A stretch of DNA of 64,000 nt from Promethearchaeota archaeon. GTDB taxonomy: Archaea > Asgardarchaeota > Lokiarchaeia > Sigyniarchaeales > SOKP01. Location: the NCBI GenBank assembly GCA_019057795.1, contig JAHLWS010000034.1:1-64000 (forward strand), in the 5' to 3' direction. Position numbers and translations under genes: made by a program. Numbering within the stretch: position 1 is the stretch's first letter; each line of letters opens with the position of its first letter. The notes below the pieces were generated by a model. That model searched no databases. It worked only from the letters and a program-made list of their open reading frames with translations, and was not told the origin of the DNA. Of this stretch, positions 18,735 through 28,203 are shown piece after piece.

Positions 18735-21017
18735 TTAAAAAACTTTTAATTCTTCTTCCTTAAATTTATCATAATCGTTAAAAATAGCATCTATTTCGCT
18801 TAATATTTCCTTAATGACCTTTTTTGTCTTTTTGTCTTGACCAAAAGTGTCTATAATCACTTTATATAGGTTAACATTATATTCTAAGGTTAGTTCTAAA
18901 ATCTTTTTTAAATCTTTCTCATTTATTCCATTTTCTTCTAATTTTTTGAAGACACCATCAATATCTTCTTTCAATTTATTTGTTGCGATTAAAATATTGG
19001 AACATTTCTTGAACAAATCTTGTTCTTTTTCGTAAACAAAAAGATCTTCTTCGGTCAATTGCGAATTATCGGTAATCTCCTCAAATCTTTCATTTAAAAG
19101 GCTTTTAACTCTCTCGTAAATCTTAATTGCTAATAAAATTTTTTCCTTACTTTTAATTAAGTCGTTTTTTCTTAACAATCGAGCTTCAACGATTTTTAAA
19201 TATGCGTCTTCGTAATAAATTTGCAGTTCCCCGAATGTGCTTTTTTCTCCTTCAGCTATGTTTAAAATAATTTGTCTTAAATCCTCGTTAAGCATATCTA
19301 TTTCTTTAGCAGATAGATCATCTAAATTAAGAATTTTAAATATTTGATTAGCCATAGTTTTAATCGATAACGCCTTAATATTCAATTCATGAGCCCTATT
19401 CTCAATGTTAGTAATACTCCTAAATTCTCCTACTTTTTCGCAATAATTAAAAATCTTAATAGCGTCATCAAGTAATTTATTAAATTTCTTTTGATTAGAT
19501 AATATGTAATATTTTGAATCTTGTATTTTTTGAATAGCTCTATCCATTTGGATTTCCAATTCGAATATATAATCTAATAAATTTACTTGCTTCCTTTCAG
19601 AAAGAATTTTAGACTTGCTTGCCATATCGGTCGCTACTGATTTACCTGCGAAAAACCAAAGTAGAGCTGAAGGTATCCAAAAAAAGATAGAAAAAATCAT
19701 CATATTAAATACACTTCCAAGAATCGATATTAAAGTGAATGATATTAATAACGTAATTCCCTTTCCAACTTGTTCCGAGAGGCTAAAAAATGAGGTAGAA
19801 GTACCCTTGTGTTCGGGAAGATTTACATCTACCATAACTGCATTCTTGTTAGAAACCCATCCTGTACTTAAAATCGAACCTATAAACCCAAAAATGAAGT
19901 AATAAATGTAACTCGGATAAATCTTAAAAATCTCAATAATTGTAGAAATTATATAAAAGGTAATCTCTTCAGTAGGGATTGGATCTGGATAACTTAAATT
20001 AGTAGCAAATTCGCTACTAAGTGTTTGAATAGAAAAAAGAGTTAATAAGACAAATGGAATGGTCAGTATCATACAAGCTGTCGCTAATCGCGTTCTATTT
20101 TTTTTATTTATTCGAAATAAAATATCACCAATATAAGACATTATCACGTTTCCCAGTAAGTACCCTATACCTAGTAAGCCAGCAAATATCGTTGCTGTTT
20201 GAAGCCTAATTTCGTTAGGTAATACGTTGAAATAATGACTTGAAAGCATAGAAGTCATAAAATAAACTAAGATCGTTCCAGGAATAATCGCGAAAAAGCC
20301 TTGTATTATCAAATATCGATTAGTTTTCTTTTTTAAGATACTTGACAAATCTTTTTTTGAGATTTTATAGCTATACTCCAAGTTCATCTCAACCATGTCC
20401 AATAGCTCGTTCTCGCTAGCACCGCGCTGAGGGATTTTGACAAAAAATAAAACAAATACAATTATAGTACTAATTCCAGATAACAAAAAAAAAGGAAACC
20501 TCCAACCTAGTATTGGTCCTACAAAAGAAGATAAACCCTGACCCACGCCATTGGAAACTGAACTTAGTATTGCAAGCGTACCAAACCATCCAGACCTTTC
20601 ATCAGGGGGAATCGCATCAGAAATAATTGAATAACCAACTGGCAAGACGCAACCCAACCCCATTCCACTCGCCATTCTAGAGAGCAATAACATTGAAAAA
20701 TTTGTGGAAAAAGCAGTTAGTATCATCCCAAAAGTCCAAGAAAAAGCTCCTGCCATTATTACTTTTATTCTATCAATACGATCGGTATAATACCCCCAAA
20801 TTAAAGCAAACGAAGCGCTAGTTAACAAAAAAAAAGCATCTGGAATTGCTATAAGCGCTTCAGGGATATTAAACTCAATCCTAATTACCCCATAGCTCGG
20901 AATTAGCATGTTAGCACATGCTATTGACACAAATAGTAAGAACATGACTAAAATAATAGGGGCTAAGTCCTTTATTTTAATCCTTGTAAGTTTTGGTCGT
21001 CCTATAGCAATTACCAC
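18735..21017 (-). CDS. MFS transporter fused to a ~290-aa C-terminal soluble alpha-helical domain
   Basis: GYYTDRIDR motif A and about 12 TMs in the first ~460 aa, followed by a charged helical tail. Confidence 0.85.
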   Translation of the reverse strand: MVIAIGRPKLTRIKIKDLAPIILVMFLLFVSIACANMLIPSYGVIRIEFNIPEALIAIPDAFFLLTSASFALIWGYYTDRIDRIKVIMAGAFSWTFGMILTAFSTNFSMLLLSRMASGMGLGCVLPVGYSIISDAIPPDERSGWFGTLAILSSVSNGVGQGLSSFVGPILGWRFPFFLLSGISTIIVFVLFFVKIPQRGASENELLDMVEMNLEYSYKISKKDLSSILKKKTNRYLIIQGFFAIIPGTILVYFMTSMLSSHYFNVLPNEIRLQTATIFAGLLGIGYLLGNVIMSYIGDILFRINKKNRTRLATACMILTIPFVLLTLFSIQTLSSEFATNLSYPDPIPTEEITFYIISTIIEIFKIYPSYIYYFIFGFIGSILSTGWVSNKNAVMVDVNLPEHKGTSTSFFSLSEQVGKGITLLISFTLISILGSVFNMMIFSIFFWIPSALLWFFAGKSVATDMASKSKILSERKQVNLLDYIFELEIQMDRAIQKIQDSKYYILSNQKKFNKLLDDAIKIFNYCEKVGEFRSITNIENRAHELNIKALSIKTMANQIFKILNLDDLSAKEIDMLNEDLRQIILNIAEGEKSTFGELQIYYEDAYLKIVEARLLRKNDLIKSKEKILLAIKIYERVKSLLNERFEEITDNSQLTEEDLFVYEKEQDLFKKCSNILIATNKLKEDIDGVFKKLEENGINEKDLKKILELTLEYNVNLYKVIIDTFGQDKKTKKVIKEILSEIDAIFNDYDKFKEEELKVF

Positions 21018-21128
21018 TTAAACGTAATTAAATATCTTAAATATTAAATAGCATTTGGGAATTAAAAAAGCTTGCAAACAATGTAAATTATCCAAAATGA
21101 GTATTTAAAGTTAAGAATTACTAAAAAT

Positions 21129-21815
21129 TTAACTCTGGATTAAATAATACTTTAATGCCGCTTCCACATGGACCTCTACTGTATCGAGTAACTTTATGTT
21201 AGTATCTTTTTGTTGGAGAATTAACGGTAGCTCAGTACATCCAAGAATAACGCCATCTACTTCGTAATTATTTATAATATTTAAGAGTTTACGCTTGCTC
21301 TCTTCTGTAAATTTACCGATCACTAACTCATCAAAAATAATTTGATTTATTGTATCTTGTTCCGGTTCTGAAGGCGTTATAACTTGTATGTCTGATTTAG
21401 CAAAAAAATCTTGGTAAAACGAAGATTGCATCGTAAATTTTATACCCAACAATAACAGTTTGCTTAAATTCTCCCGTTGAGCTTTCTCAGCTGTAGCTTT
21501 TACAATGCTAAGTATTGGAACTTTCGCCAATTGAATTAAATCTTCATAAACTGCATGAGGAGAATTTGCTGCCATAATTATGAAATCAGCACCTCCATTT
21601 TGTAACGAATTAATACCACTCATTAAGTACTCTATGTATTTTGGTTTATCATTACCTAATTCATAATCGATGACTTTTTGAAAATTTAGACTATATATGA
21701 GAATTTCGGGGTAGTTGTAATCATTATAGCTATTATAGTAGTTTTGTAGGATTAAATCGTAATATTTTATTGTTGACTCATATGACATACCACCCAAAAT
21801 ACCAATTTTTTTCAT
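21129..21815 (-). CDS. Aspartate/glutamate racemase family protein
   Basis: IGILGGMS.EST and GCTELP motifs; first catalytic position reads AANSPH. Confidence 0.85.
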   Translation of the reverse strand: MKKIGILGGMSYESTIKYYDLILQNYYNSYNDYNYPEILIYSLNFQKVIDYELGNDKPKYIEYLMSGINSLQNGGADFIIMAANSPHAVYEDLIQLAKVPILSIVKATAEKAQRENLSKLLLLGIKFTMQSSFYQDFFAKSDIQVITPSEPEQDTINQIIFDELVIGKFTEESKRKLLNIINNYEVDGVILGCTELPLILQQKDTNIKLLDTVEVHVEAALKYYLIQS

Positions 21816-21865
21816 TTTACTTAAACTCTTAATCTTTATAAATAATTTATAGATGAGATTGAATT

Positions 21866-22870
21866 TTACTCAAAATTTATTGATTTTAAAAATTCGATTC
21901 TTTTTGATTTTATTTTATCCATATCTTCTCCTATCCACATGAAATGGCCTCCATGTGTCACCAATAGCTCAAAATCCTTGAGATTGGTTTCGAGATATTC
22001 CGCATTTAACCATTTAACATCATTATCTTCTTTACTATAGACTAATAAGGATTTTACATTAATATTATCAACTGGAATCTTCTCGATTGATGTTAAGAGC
22101 TCAATATCATGATTTAGACCAAGTTTTCTTATACTCATTGGAACGGTTGTATCCATAAATTTGATTAACCACCTCCTTCTCTCCTTATCATTTGAAACCA
22201 GATCGGTAAATTTCTTAATTCCTTCCTTGTCAAGTAAAGTTTCCAGTCGGATTATACTCTTGAATATCATCTTGAAAGCTATTCTAGTAGCTATTATAGT
22301 AATCCAGCTTAAGAAATCTTGTATTCTGTCACTCATAAACAATTTCATCCAAAATGAATCTGCTGCCTCACTTGGCGCCTCGTATATTGTACTAACACCA
22401 GCTTCCATCATCAGAGCATGAGTTCTCTCAGGGTATTTGTTAGCAAAGTTAAGGGCAAGAGGGCCCCCGGCTGAGAATCCCATGGCAACCACCTTACCGA
22501 TTTTTAACTTGTCTAATAATTCCACATATTGATCAACTTGTTCCTCATAAGACAGAGGAACAAATGGTGTTCTTAGATATCCCGGCCTTGAAACAGCGAG
22601 TATTGAATATCCTTCCTGCACCATATCATCAAGGAGGATCGCTTGGTCAATTCCTCCTGGACCCCCATGCATAAAAAATAACACTGGTCCCTCTCCAGTT
22701 AGTTTGTAATGTATTTTCCCCATTGCTGTCTCCATTACTTTTCCATCATCCATTACTCTTATTGCGGATTTCTTCCACCTCATAAAACTAATTATTAGAA
22801 GAATAAAGAAAACTACAATTACACTGACTACAAATATTATTGTTTGCATAGTTAAATCTTGCATTGACAA
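21866..22870 (-). CDS. Membrane-anchored alpha/beta hydrolase
   Basis: N-terminal TM, HGGPGG, GFSAGG nucleophile elbow, D and GGH. Confidence 0.85.
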   Translation of the reverse strand: MSMQDLTMQTIIFVVSVIVVFFILLIISFMRWKKSAIRVMDDGKVMETAMGKIHYKLTGEGPVLFFMHGGPGGIDQAILLDDMVQEGYSILAVSRPGYLRTPFVPLSYEEQVDQYVELLDKLKIGKVVAMGFSAGGPLALNFANKYPERTHALMMEAGVSTIYEAPSEAADSFWMKLFMSDRIQDFLSWITIIATRIAFKMIFKSIIRLETLLDKEGIKKFTDLVSNDKERRRWLIKFMDTTVPMSIRKLGLNHDIELLTSIEKIPVDNINVKSLLVYSKEDNDVKWLNAEYLETNLKDFELLVTHGGHFMWIGEDMDKIKSKRIEFLKSINFE

Positions 22871-23053
22871 TATAATAATTTTCTTTTTTTTCTTTTCTAA
22901 AAGAATAAAAAATCTTGGTAAAGTGTGTTTTGAGATTTCTAATTTTTTGAATATTATTTAGTTTTGTAGTTAGGTTTAAACCGCGATGACTCGGACTTGT
23001 TGTTACAGTACCAAAAATGTTATAAGAGGGGCTGTGGTAATTTTAATTTATAG

Positions 23054-23209
23054 ATAATTCGGATTAAAACCATTGATGGACAGAAATTATTTATAAAAAT
23101 TTATGACGGCGACGAGATTATTGTTGATAGAGATGATCTGGGTGATTTAATCAAAACTCTCAAAGGACAATTTAAAAAATGGGAAAAAGATTATGAAAAG
23201 AAATATTAA
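23054..23209 (+). other. Possible small ORF or gene remnant (51 aa, no ATG/GTG/TTG start)
   Basis: Open frame IIRIKTIDGQKLFIKIYDGDEIIVDRDDLGDLIKTLKGQFKKWEKDYEKKY directly after an in-frame TAG. Confidence 0.3.
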
Positions 23210-23232
23210 CCGATTTGTAAATAAAAATTAGA

Positions 23233-23254
23233 TCGTGAAATCCCGATTTCACGA
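23233..23254. repeat. Perfect 10-bp inverted repeat
   Basis: TCGTGAAATC-CC-GATTTCACGA. Confidence 0.8.
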
Positions 23255-23318
23255 ATATTAACTTATAATTTAAATAATGAATATTTTAAACATTTTTAAT
23301 AATAAATTGAAAAAATAG

Positions 23319-23421
23319 TGGAGCTGGGGGGATTCTCACATGACGGGTAAATCCCGCTTATTTATTGAACCCCCGGCCTTTCGCATGCCAAGCGAACGAT
23401 CTTCCGCTAATCCACAGCCCC
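23319..23421 (-). tRNA. tRNA-Ala(GGC) with a 31-nt intron in the T-loop (about 23333-23363); CCA not encoded
   Basis: Acceptor stem GGGGCTG/CAGCTCC with G3:U70, anticodon loop TTGGCAT, T-stem GGGGG/CCCCC interrupted by a 31-nt insertion; 72 nt after removal. Confidence 0.92.
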
Positions 23422-23560
23422 ATTTAAAGATAAAAAATATTAATTCATCATTATCAGACATATATAAGATCTTTAAAAGTAGATTTAATAATAATGGATT
23501 TTTAAAAAAAATTGTGGTTTTTGAACTATTAAACTTAGAAATAAATAACAGATTTATTAT

Positions 23561-26500
23561 TTGAAGACTATGAAAAATTTTTGGAGAAAAATTAACTATC
23601 TATTAATTACGGTTTTAATAATTAACGCGATTATTAATCCTGTTCTTGGAATTGGATCTGTAGGAAATATTAATCATAATAATATTCAAAAATTAGAGTT
23701 AGATTTCAGCGGATTAACGTATACTTCTTCAGATCAAGCAAATAATGAAAAATACGATTCAATATTACCCTTTAATAAACAAAACGCGTTATTTGACGAC
23801 TTATTGATAAAAGAATTAAATTTTATAAAATCATCTCAACAAAGTGATGCGACATTAATTAAGATTATAATCCTATTTAAAGATGGAATCTCAAAATCAG
23901 AAAGAATTAAATTAATCGATTCTGTTTTCGATGAGTATGAAATAATTAATAACTATAATTTTATTCCAGGCGTTTACATGAAATGCGATCCAAAAGAATT
24001 AATTGCCAAAAAGGGTTTATTAGAAGTTAAATCCGCTTTAAAAAAGGTTTACAAGTCAAGATTTTATAGTTCACCCTCTTTTCAAGAGCAATTTCCAGAA
24101 ACTAGTGCGTTAAGTAAAGATTCCTATCCAAATTGGTGGATACCTGCTGTGGGAGCAGATAATTTAGGTTACAACGGTAGTGGCGTAAAAGTTGCTGTGA
24201 TTGATACTGGAATATACGAACACCCTGATTTAAACTTACTATTAAGCAGAAATTTTGTTTCTGAAGAAAATTCTTCTGAATACCAAGATTATGTGGGTCA
24301 TGGAACTCACGTTGCAGGTATCATAGGGGGTGATGGTGGTAGTTCAGGCGGATTATACAGAGGTGTTGCTCCAGGTGTTTCTTTAATTAATGCAAAGGCT
24401 GGAGGCCTTTCGGGTTTAGAAGAAGGTGATATTATTAGCGCTATTGAATGGTCCGTTGACACCGCTAATGCAGATATTATTTCTATGAGTTTTGGCGATA
24501 ATTATCCAATTGCGAGTGATATTTTGATATTAGCTCTAGCCAATGCTACAGAAAACGGCGTAATGTGTGTTTCGTCAGCGGGAAATTCCGGACCAGATTA
24601 TTTTTCTGGTGGTTCACCTGCTTCTGGCATAGATGTCATTTCGGTGGGGGCTTCAAATAGAAATAACCATTTAGCATATTTTAGTAGTTGGGGACCATCA
24701 TTATCTTATTTAAGTTATCCTGATATTGTTGCTCCGGGGGTAAATATTATCTCTACCGAGGCGCCAGAATCGATTATATCCGATAGATATCGCTTTATTG
24801 GAGATTACTTCGATTTTTCGGGCGATGCAGATTACTTACCTTTAAGTGGGACAAGTATGTCTTGCCCCGTTGTTGCTGGGGCTTTAGCAATTCTGAAACA
24901 AGCTTATTCTTCAATATCTCCTGAAACTGCGAGGATTGCCATATTGGAAGGTGCTCGAGATCTTTCCGATGTAGAAGATGTTGGATTTTTGAAATCTGGT
25001 TTTGGTTTAATTAATGTATCCGCTTCGCTTGACTATTTAAATTACTTAAATGCAACTTATTCTAATATAAATGATGTATTAAAAATTGCTCCCAATGAAT
25101 TGCCAGTACAACCGTACGATTTATTGAATTTCCCTGGAGATCGCCAATTATTTAATTTAACCGTTATTTCAGGTATAGACAAAGATTACGACATCAATTA
25201 TCCTAGTATTGTTGATGGAATTTCGTTGTTTATAGACAAATCTCAATTAACTTTTAGTGACGCTGGTGTGAATTTCATAGCGTTAGACATTGAAATAGAA
25301 AGAGATGCGGCGCCAGGGATAAGGACTTTTGAATTAAATATTACATCAGGAGTTAGGTTATACGATAAAATTAATGTTTCAATAGATGTTAGATTATCCG
25401 AGTATAGAGTTTTAATGGATTCTTACCACGGTTTGAATGATTATTTCCCAGAATTTTCTTTTTATCAGATGGATTTTTACGGTTGGATGAAAGATCTTTC
25501 AGATTTAAATATCTCTATCGATTACTTAGCGGAATTGTGGACTCCAAATTACAATTCCAGTTTAAATAATTCTATATTGACCGAAGAACGATTAGCTCAA
25601 TACGACTTGGTGGTATTACAAAACCCTATCTTGCCCTATAATCCTCTAGAAATCCATAATCTGAAAAGATATTTTGATAATGGAGGTAACATCTTGTTTT
25701 TAGGAACAAGATACCAAGATTTGTGTGTTGATAATATAAACGAGCTTTTTTCAGCAATTAACTTAGGAATCCAAATTAACGAAGAGAATGTTGCCGATGA
25801 AAATTGGGTTGGACTTGGAGCAACAGTGGATACTCAAAGTATAACAGAATTTAACAATTCTCAAATATTTCAAGATGTAAACAAGTTTATTTGGGACTAT
25901 GGAAGTACTTTAACGGCTTCGGGGAATGCAGAAGCGATTGCTTCAGTAGATGGAAAAATAGTTGCTGTTGCAAACGATGGAAGATTATCCGGAAGAGGAC
26001 GATTTGTAGCGTTTGGGGATCTACATTGGTCTGCCGAGTTGTACGAATCGCAAACCTATTATCAAGACCATTATAATTTAACAAAAAATCTAATGCGCTA
26101 TTTCTTGGAAAAAGACGAAGTTTCTATAAATATTTTTCTCAATTATGAAAGGACGCCCACTTCTCAAGTAAATATTTCAATTTATGTGAAGGATCAAATT
26201 GGAGAAACGCCAGTTAGCTCAGCTACCCTAAATTCGTTTTTAAACGTATCAGTAGAAAACGATGCTTATTTTGAAACTGTAAATATGGTTTCAACGTCAG
26301 ATGGTATCGCAATTAGCAATACTTTTTCTTTACTCAACCCAAGTAATAAACCATATGTGATAAAAGTGAATCTAACAATTGGATCAAAGACTTACAATAA
26401 AACCTCCAAAATTCTTTATTACAACAGCTCAGAAGTTCCAAAGATATCTAGTTTATTGGCCACTACTGACATCAAAAGAAATGGTGTTGATACATTAGAT

Positions 26501-27526
26501 ATCAAAGCCACGCTTGACGGAAATAATTATAATGCAACGGCTTATCTATCGATATATCCTTCTACCTATTACACTGAAGAAGGAACAATCAATAAGACTT
26601 TTACTTTATCTAATTCACCATCAAGTCCAGAAAATTACTCTATTGACTACACCCCCACATCTACGGATCCACCTGGTTATGCTATTTTTTACATTCTGCC
26701 TTATAATCCTAGTTCAAATTATTACAATCCACATTCGCTTAGATTAATTTCAATTATAATAAATCACCCTCCTGAATTCATTGAAGAATCTTCTACAATA
26801 TTAATTGATAACAATCAATTAGTATCGCTTGATGAGACTCATACGGAAGATAGCTTACTAGTCATTAGTGTATCCCAAGGGAGTCAGCTTGACTTTATTA
26901 TAAATCTCACTGACTCTGTGAGTTATGAGGATCAAGATAGCTCAAAAATGAGGGTGTCAGTAAACCTTTTTATCGCCTCAATTTCAGAGGATAATACAAT
27001 TGTACCGATTAATTCAAAGAACTTTGTTCTTTCCGAATTAGAATATAAATCAGGTTCGAATACTCACTATGGAACTTTCGTAATTCCATATACTATGGAA
27101 TTCTCCTCCATTACAGGAACTAAAGAGCTTTCAACTGCATCTCAATATGATAATGATGCTCAAGATGGCTATTTAGCGATCCTATTGATCACGGCTTTTG
27201 ATAGCGAAGGAGAGTCTGAAGTTTTCTTAATGGTTTTGTTGATTCAACCTTCAACACCTTTTGAATTTATATTAGTACTAATTATTATCGGAGTTGTAGT
27301 AGTAGTTGGAATAATTGTTGTCGTCTCACTTTTAGTTAGAAAGAAGAAAAAATCTCGCATATCGACTCCTTTTGAAGGATATTACCACCAAGATTATGAA
27401 GATGTTCCTTCACAAGAAATATATGATTTTACTCAAAAGTCAGTATATTATTGTCCTTATTGTGGATTTCAATTAACTATCCCAAGAAACTTTTGCACAA
27501 ATTGCGGTAAGAAACTTTTGCCCTAA
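23561..27526 (+). CDS. Membrane-anchored S8 subtilase, site-1-protease-like architecture, with cytoplasmic zinc ribbon
   Basis: Signal peptide, prodomain, catalytic triad motifs VIDTG / HGTHVAG / GTSMSCP, a GIFT/ABC-aux-like domain (RVLMDSYHG..QYDLVVL..GGNILFLG..GRFVAFGD), beta-rich region, TM, CPYCG..CTNCG. Confidence 0.9.
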   Translation: MKTMKNFWRKINYLLITVLIINAIINPVLGIGSVGNINHNNIQKLELDFSGLTYTSSDQANNEKYDSILPFNKQNALFDDLLIKELNFIKSSQQSDATLIKIIILFKDGISKSERIKLIDSVFDEYEIINNYNFIPGVYMKCDPKELIAKKGLLEVKSALKKVYKSRFYSSPSFQEQFPETSALSKDSYPNWWIPAVGADNLGYNGSGVKVAVIDTGIYEHPDLNLLLSRNFVSEENSSEYQDYVGHGTHVAGIIGGDGGSSGGLYRGVAPGVSLINAKAGGLSGLEEGDIISAIEWSVDTANADIISMSFGDNYPIASDILILALANATENGVMCVSSAGNSGPDYFSGGSPASGIDVISVGASNRNNHLAYFSSWGPSLSYLSYPDIVAPGVNIISTEAPESIISDRYRFIGDYFDFSGDADYLPLSGTSMSCPVVAGALAILKQAYSSISPETARIAILEGARDLSDVEDVGFLKSGFGLINVSASLDYLNYLNATYSNINDVLKIAPNELPVQPYDLLNFPGDRQLFNLTVISGIDKDYDINYPSIVDGISLFIDKSQLTFSDAGVNFIALDIEIERDAAPGIRTFELNITSGVRLYDKINVSIDVRLSEYRVLMDSYHGLNDYFPEFSFYQMDFYGWMKDLSDLNISIDYLAELWTPNYNSSLNNSILTEERLAQYDLVVLQNPILPYNPLEIHNLKRYFDNGGNILFLGTRYQDLCVDNINELFSAINLGIQINEENVADENWVGLGATVDTQSITEFNNSQIFQDVNKFIWDYGSTLTASGNAEAIASVDGKIVAVANDGRLSGRGRFVAFGDLHWSAELYESQTYYQDHYNLTKNLMRYFLEKDEVSINIFLNYERTPTSQVNISIYVKDQIGETPVSSATLNSFLNVSVENDAYFETVNMVSTSDGIAISNTFSLLNPSNKPYVIKVNLTIGSKTYNKTSKILYYNSSEVPKISSLLATTDIKRNGVDTLDIKATLDGNNYNATAYLSIYPSTYYTEEGTINKTFTLSNSPSSPENYSIDYTPTSTDPPGYAIFYILPYNPSSNYYNPHSLRLISIIINHPPEFIEESSTILIDNNQLVSLDETHTEDSLLVISVSQGSQLDFIINLTDSVSYEDQDSSKMRVSVNLFIASISEDNTIVPINSKNFVLSELEYKSGSNTHYGTFVIPYTMEFSSITGTKELSTASQYDNDAQDGYLAILLITAFDSEGESEVFLMVLLIQPSTPFEFILVLIIIGVVVVVGIIVVVSLLVRKKKKSRISTPFEGYYHQDYEDVPSQEIYDFTQKSVYYCPYCGFQLTIPRNFCTNCGKKLLP

Positions 27527-27538
27527 TTGCGGTAAGAA
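27484..27538 (+). repeat. 25-bp tandem duplication spanning the subtilase stop codon
   Basis: AAGAAACTTTTGCACAAATTGCGGT followed by AAGAAACTTTTGCCCTAATTGCGGT, then AAGAA. Confidence 0.85.
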
Positions 27539-27543
27539 TTTTT

Positions 27544-28194
27544 TTACTCTTTATTGTTGTTCAAGTTTTGGAGATCGGAATACTTCAACAAATCAATAAC
27601 CCGATTGGGGTCCTTTGCATTTAAAATAGTACTTGTGCTGCTTAAAATATCGACATTTAACTGGTTAGCGTTTATAAGATTTATCCCTCCATCTATATCA
27701 ATAATAAAAGCATACTTTTTCTTAAGTTTAGCTAATTTTTCTACCTTTTCGATTGAATGTGGAATGAATTTTTGACCAGACCTACCTGGATAAACTGACA
27801 TCACTAAAACTAAGTCAACTAAATCCAAGTAAGGCGTTATTTCTGCAATTCTTGTATCTGGATCGATTGCTAAGCCCACTCTTTTCTTCCTATTCTTCAG
27901 TTCATTTATTAGCGCTTTCTTATCTCCCGTTATTTCGTAATGAAAAGTAAAGATATGAACATAATCAATAATTTTATCAATGTAATCAAAGGGATTGCTT
28001 ACCATCAAATGGGCGATGATAGGAATATCATATCTCTCATTTAATATTCTAAATAAGTCCAAATCAAGGTTTATTACAGGTGTAAACTTTCCATCTGCAA
28101 CATCAATATGTATGTAATCAAGCCCTACTAATCCCTCAAGAGGATCAAGATTAAAATTTAGGTTTGCGTGAACAGCAACAGCAATCTTTTTCAT
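27544..28194 (-). CDS. rpe: Ribulose-phosphate 3-epimerase
   Basis: [27 protein letters not shown] and IDGGI motifs. Confidence 0.9.
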   Translation of the reverse strand: MKKIAVAVHANLNFNLDPLEGLVGLDYIHIDVADGKFTPVINLDLDLFRILNERYDIPIIAHLMVSNPFDYIDKIIDYVHIFTFHYEITGDKKALINELKNRKKRVGLAIDPDTRIAEITPYLDLVDLVLVMSVYPGRSGQKFIPHSIEKVEKLAKLKKKYAFIIDIDGGINLINANQLNVDILSSTSTILNAKDPNRVIDLLKYSDLQNLNNNKE

Positions 28195-28203
28195 CGTATT
28201 TAA

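Noticed and set aside
23028-23037. GGGGCTGTGG identical to the tRNA 5' end
   Set aside because: Only 10 bp, inverted and matching the 5' rather than the 3' end; not a credible att site or split-tRNA half
21129-23318. Integrated mobile element downstream of the tRNA
   Set aside because: No integrase, transposase, terminal repeats or tRNA 3' duplication visible
23340-23564. 74-aa ORF
   Set aside because: Overlaps the tRNA-Ala gene on the opposite strand; no protein features
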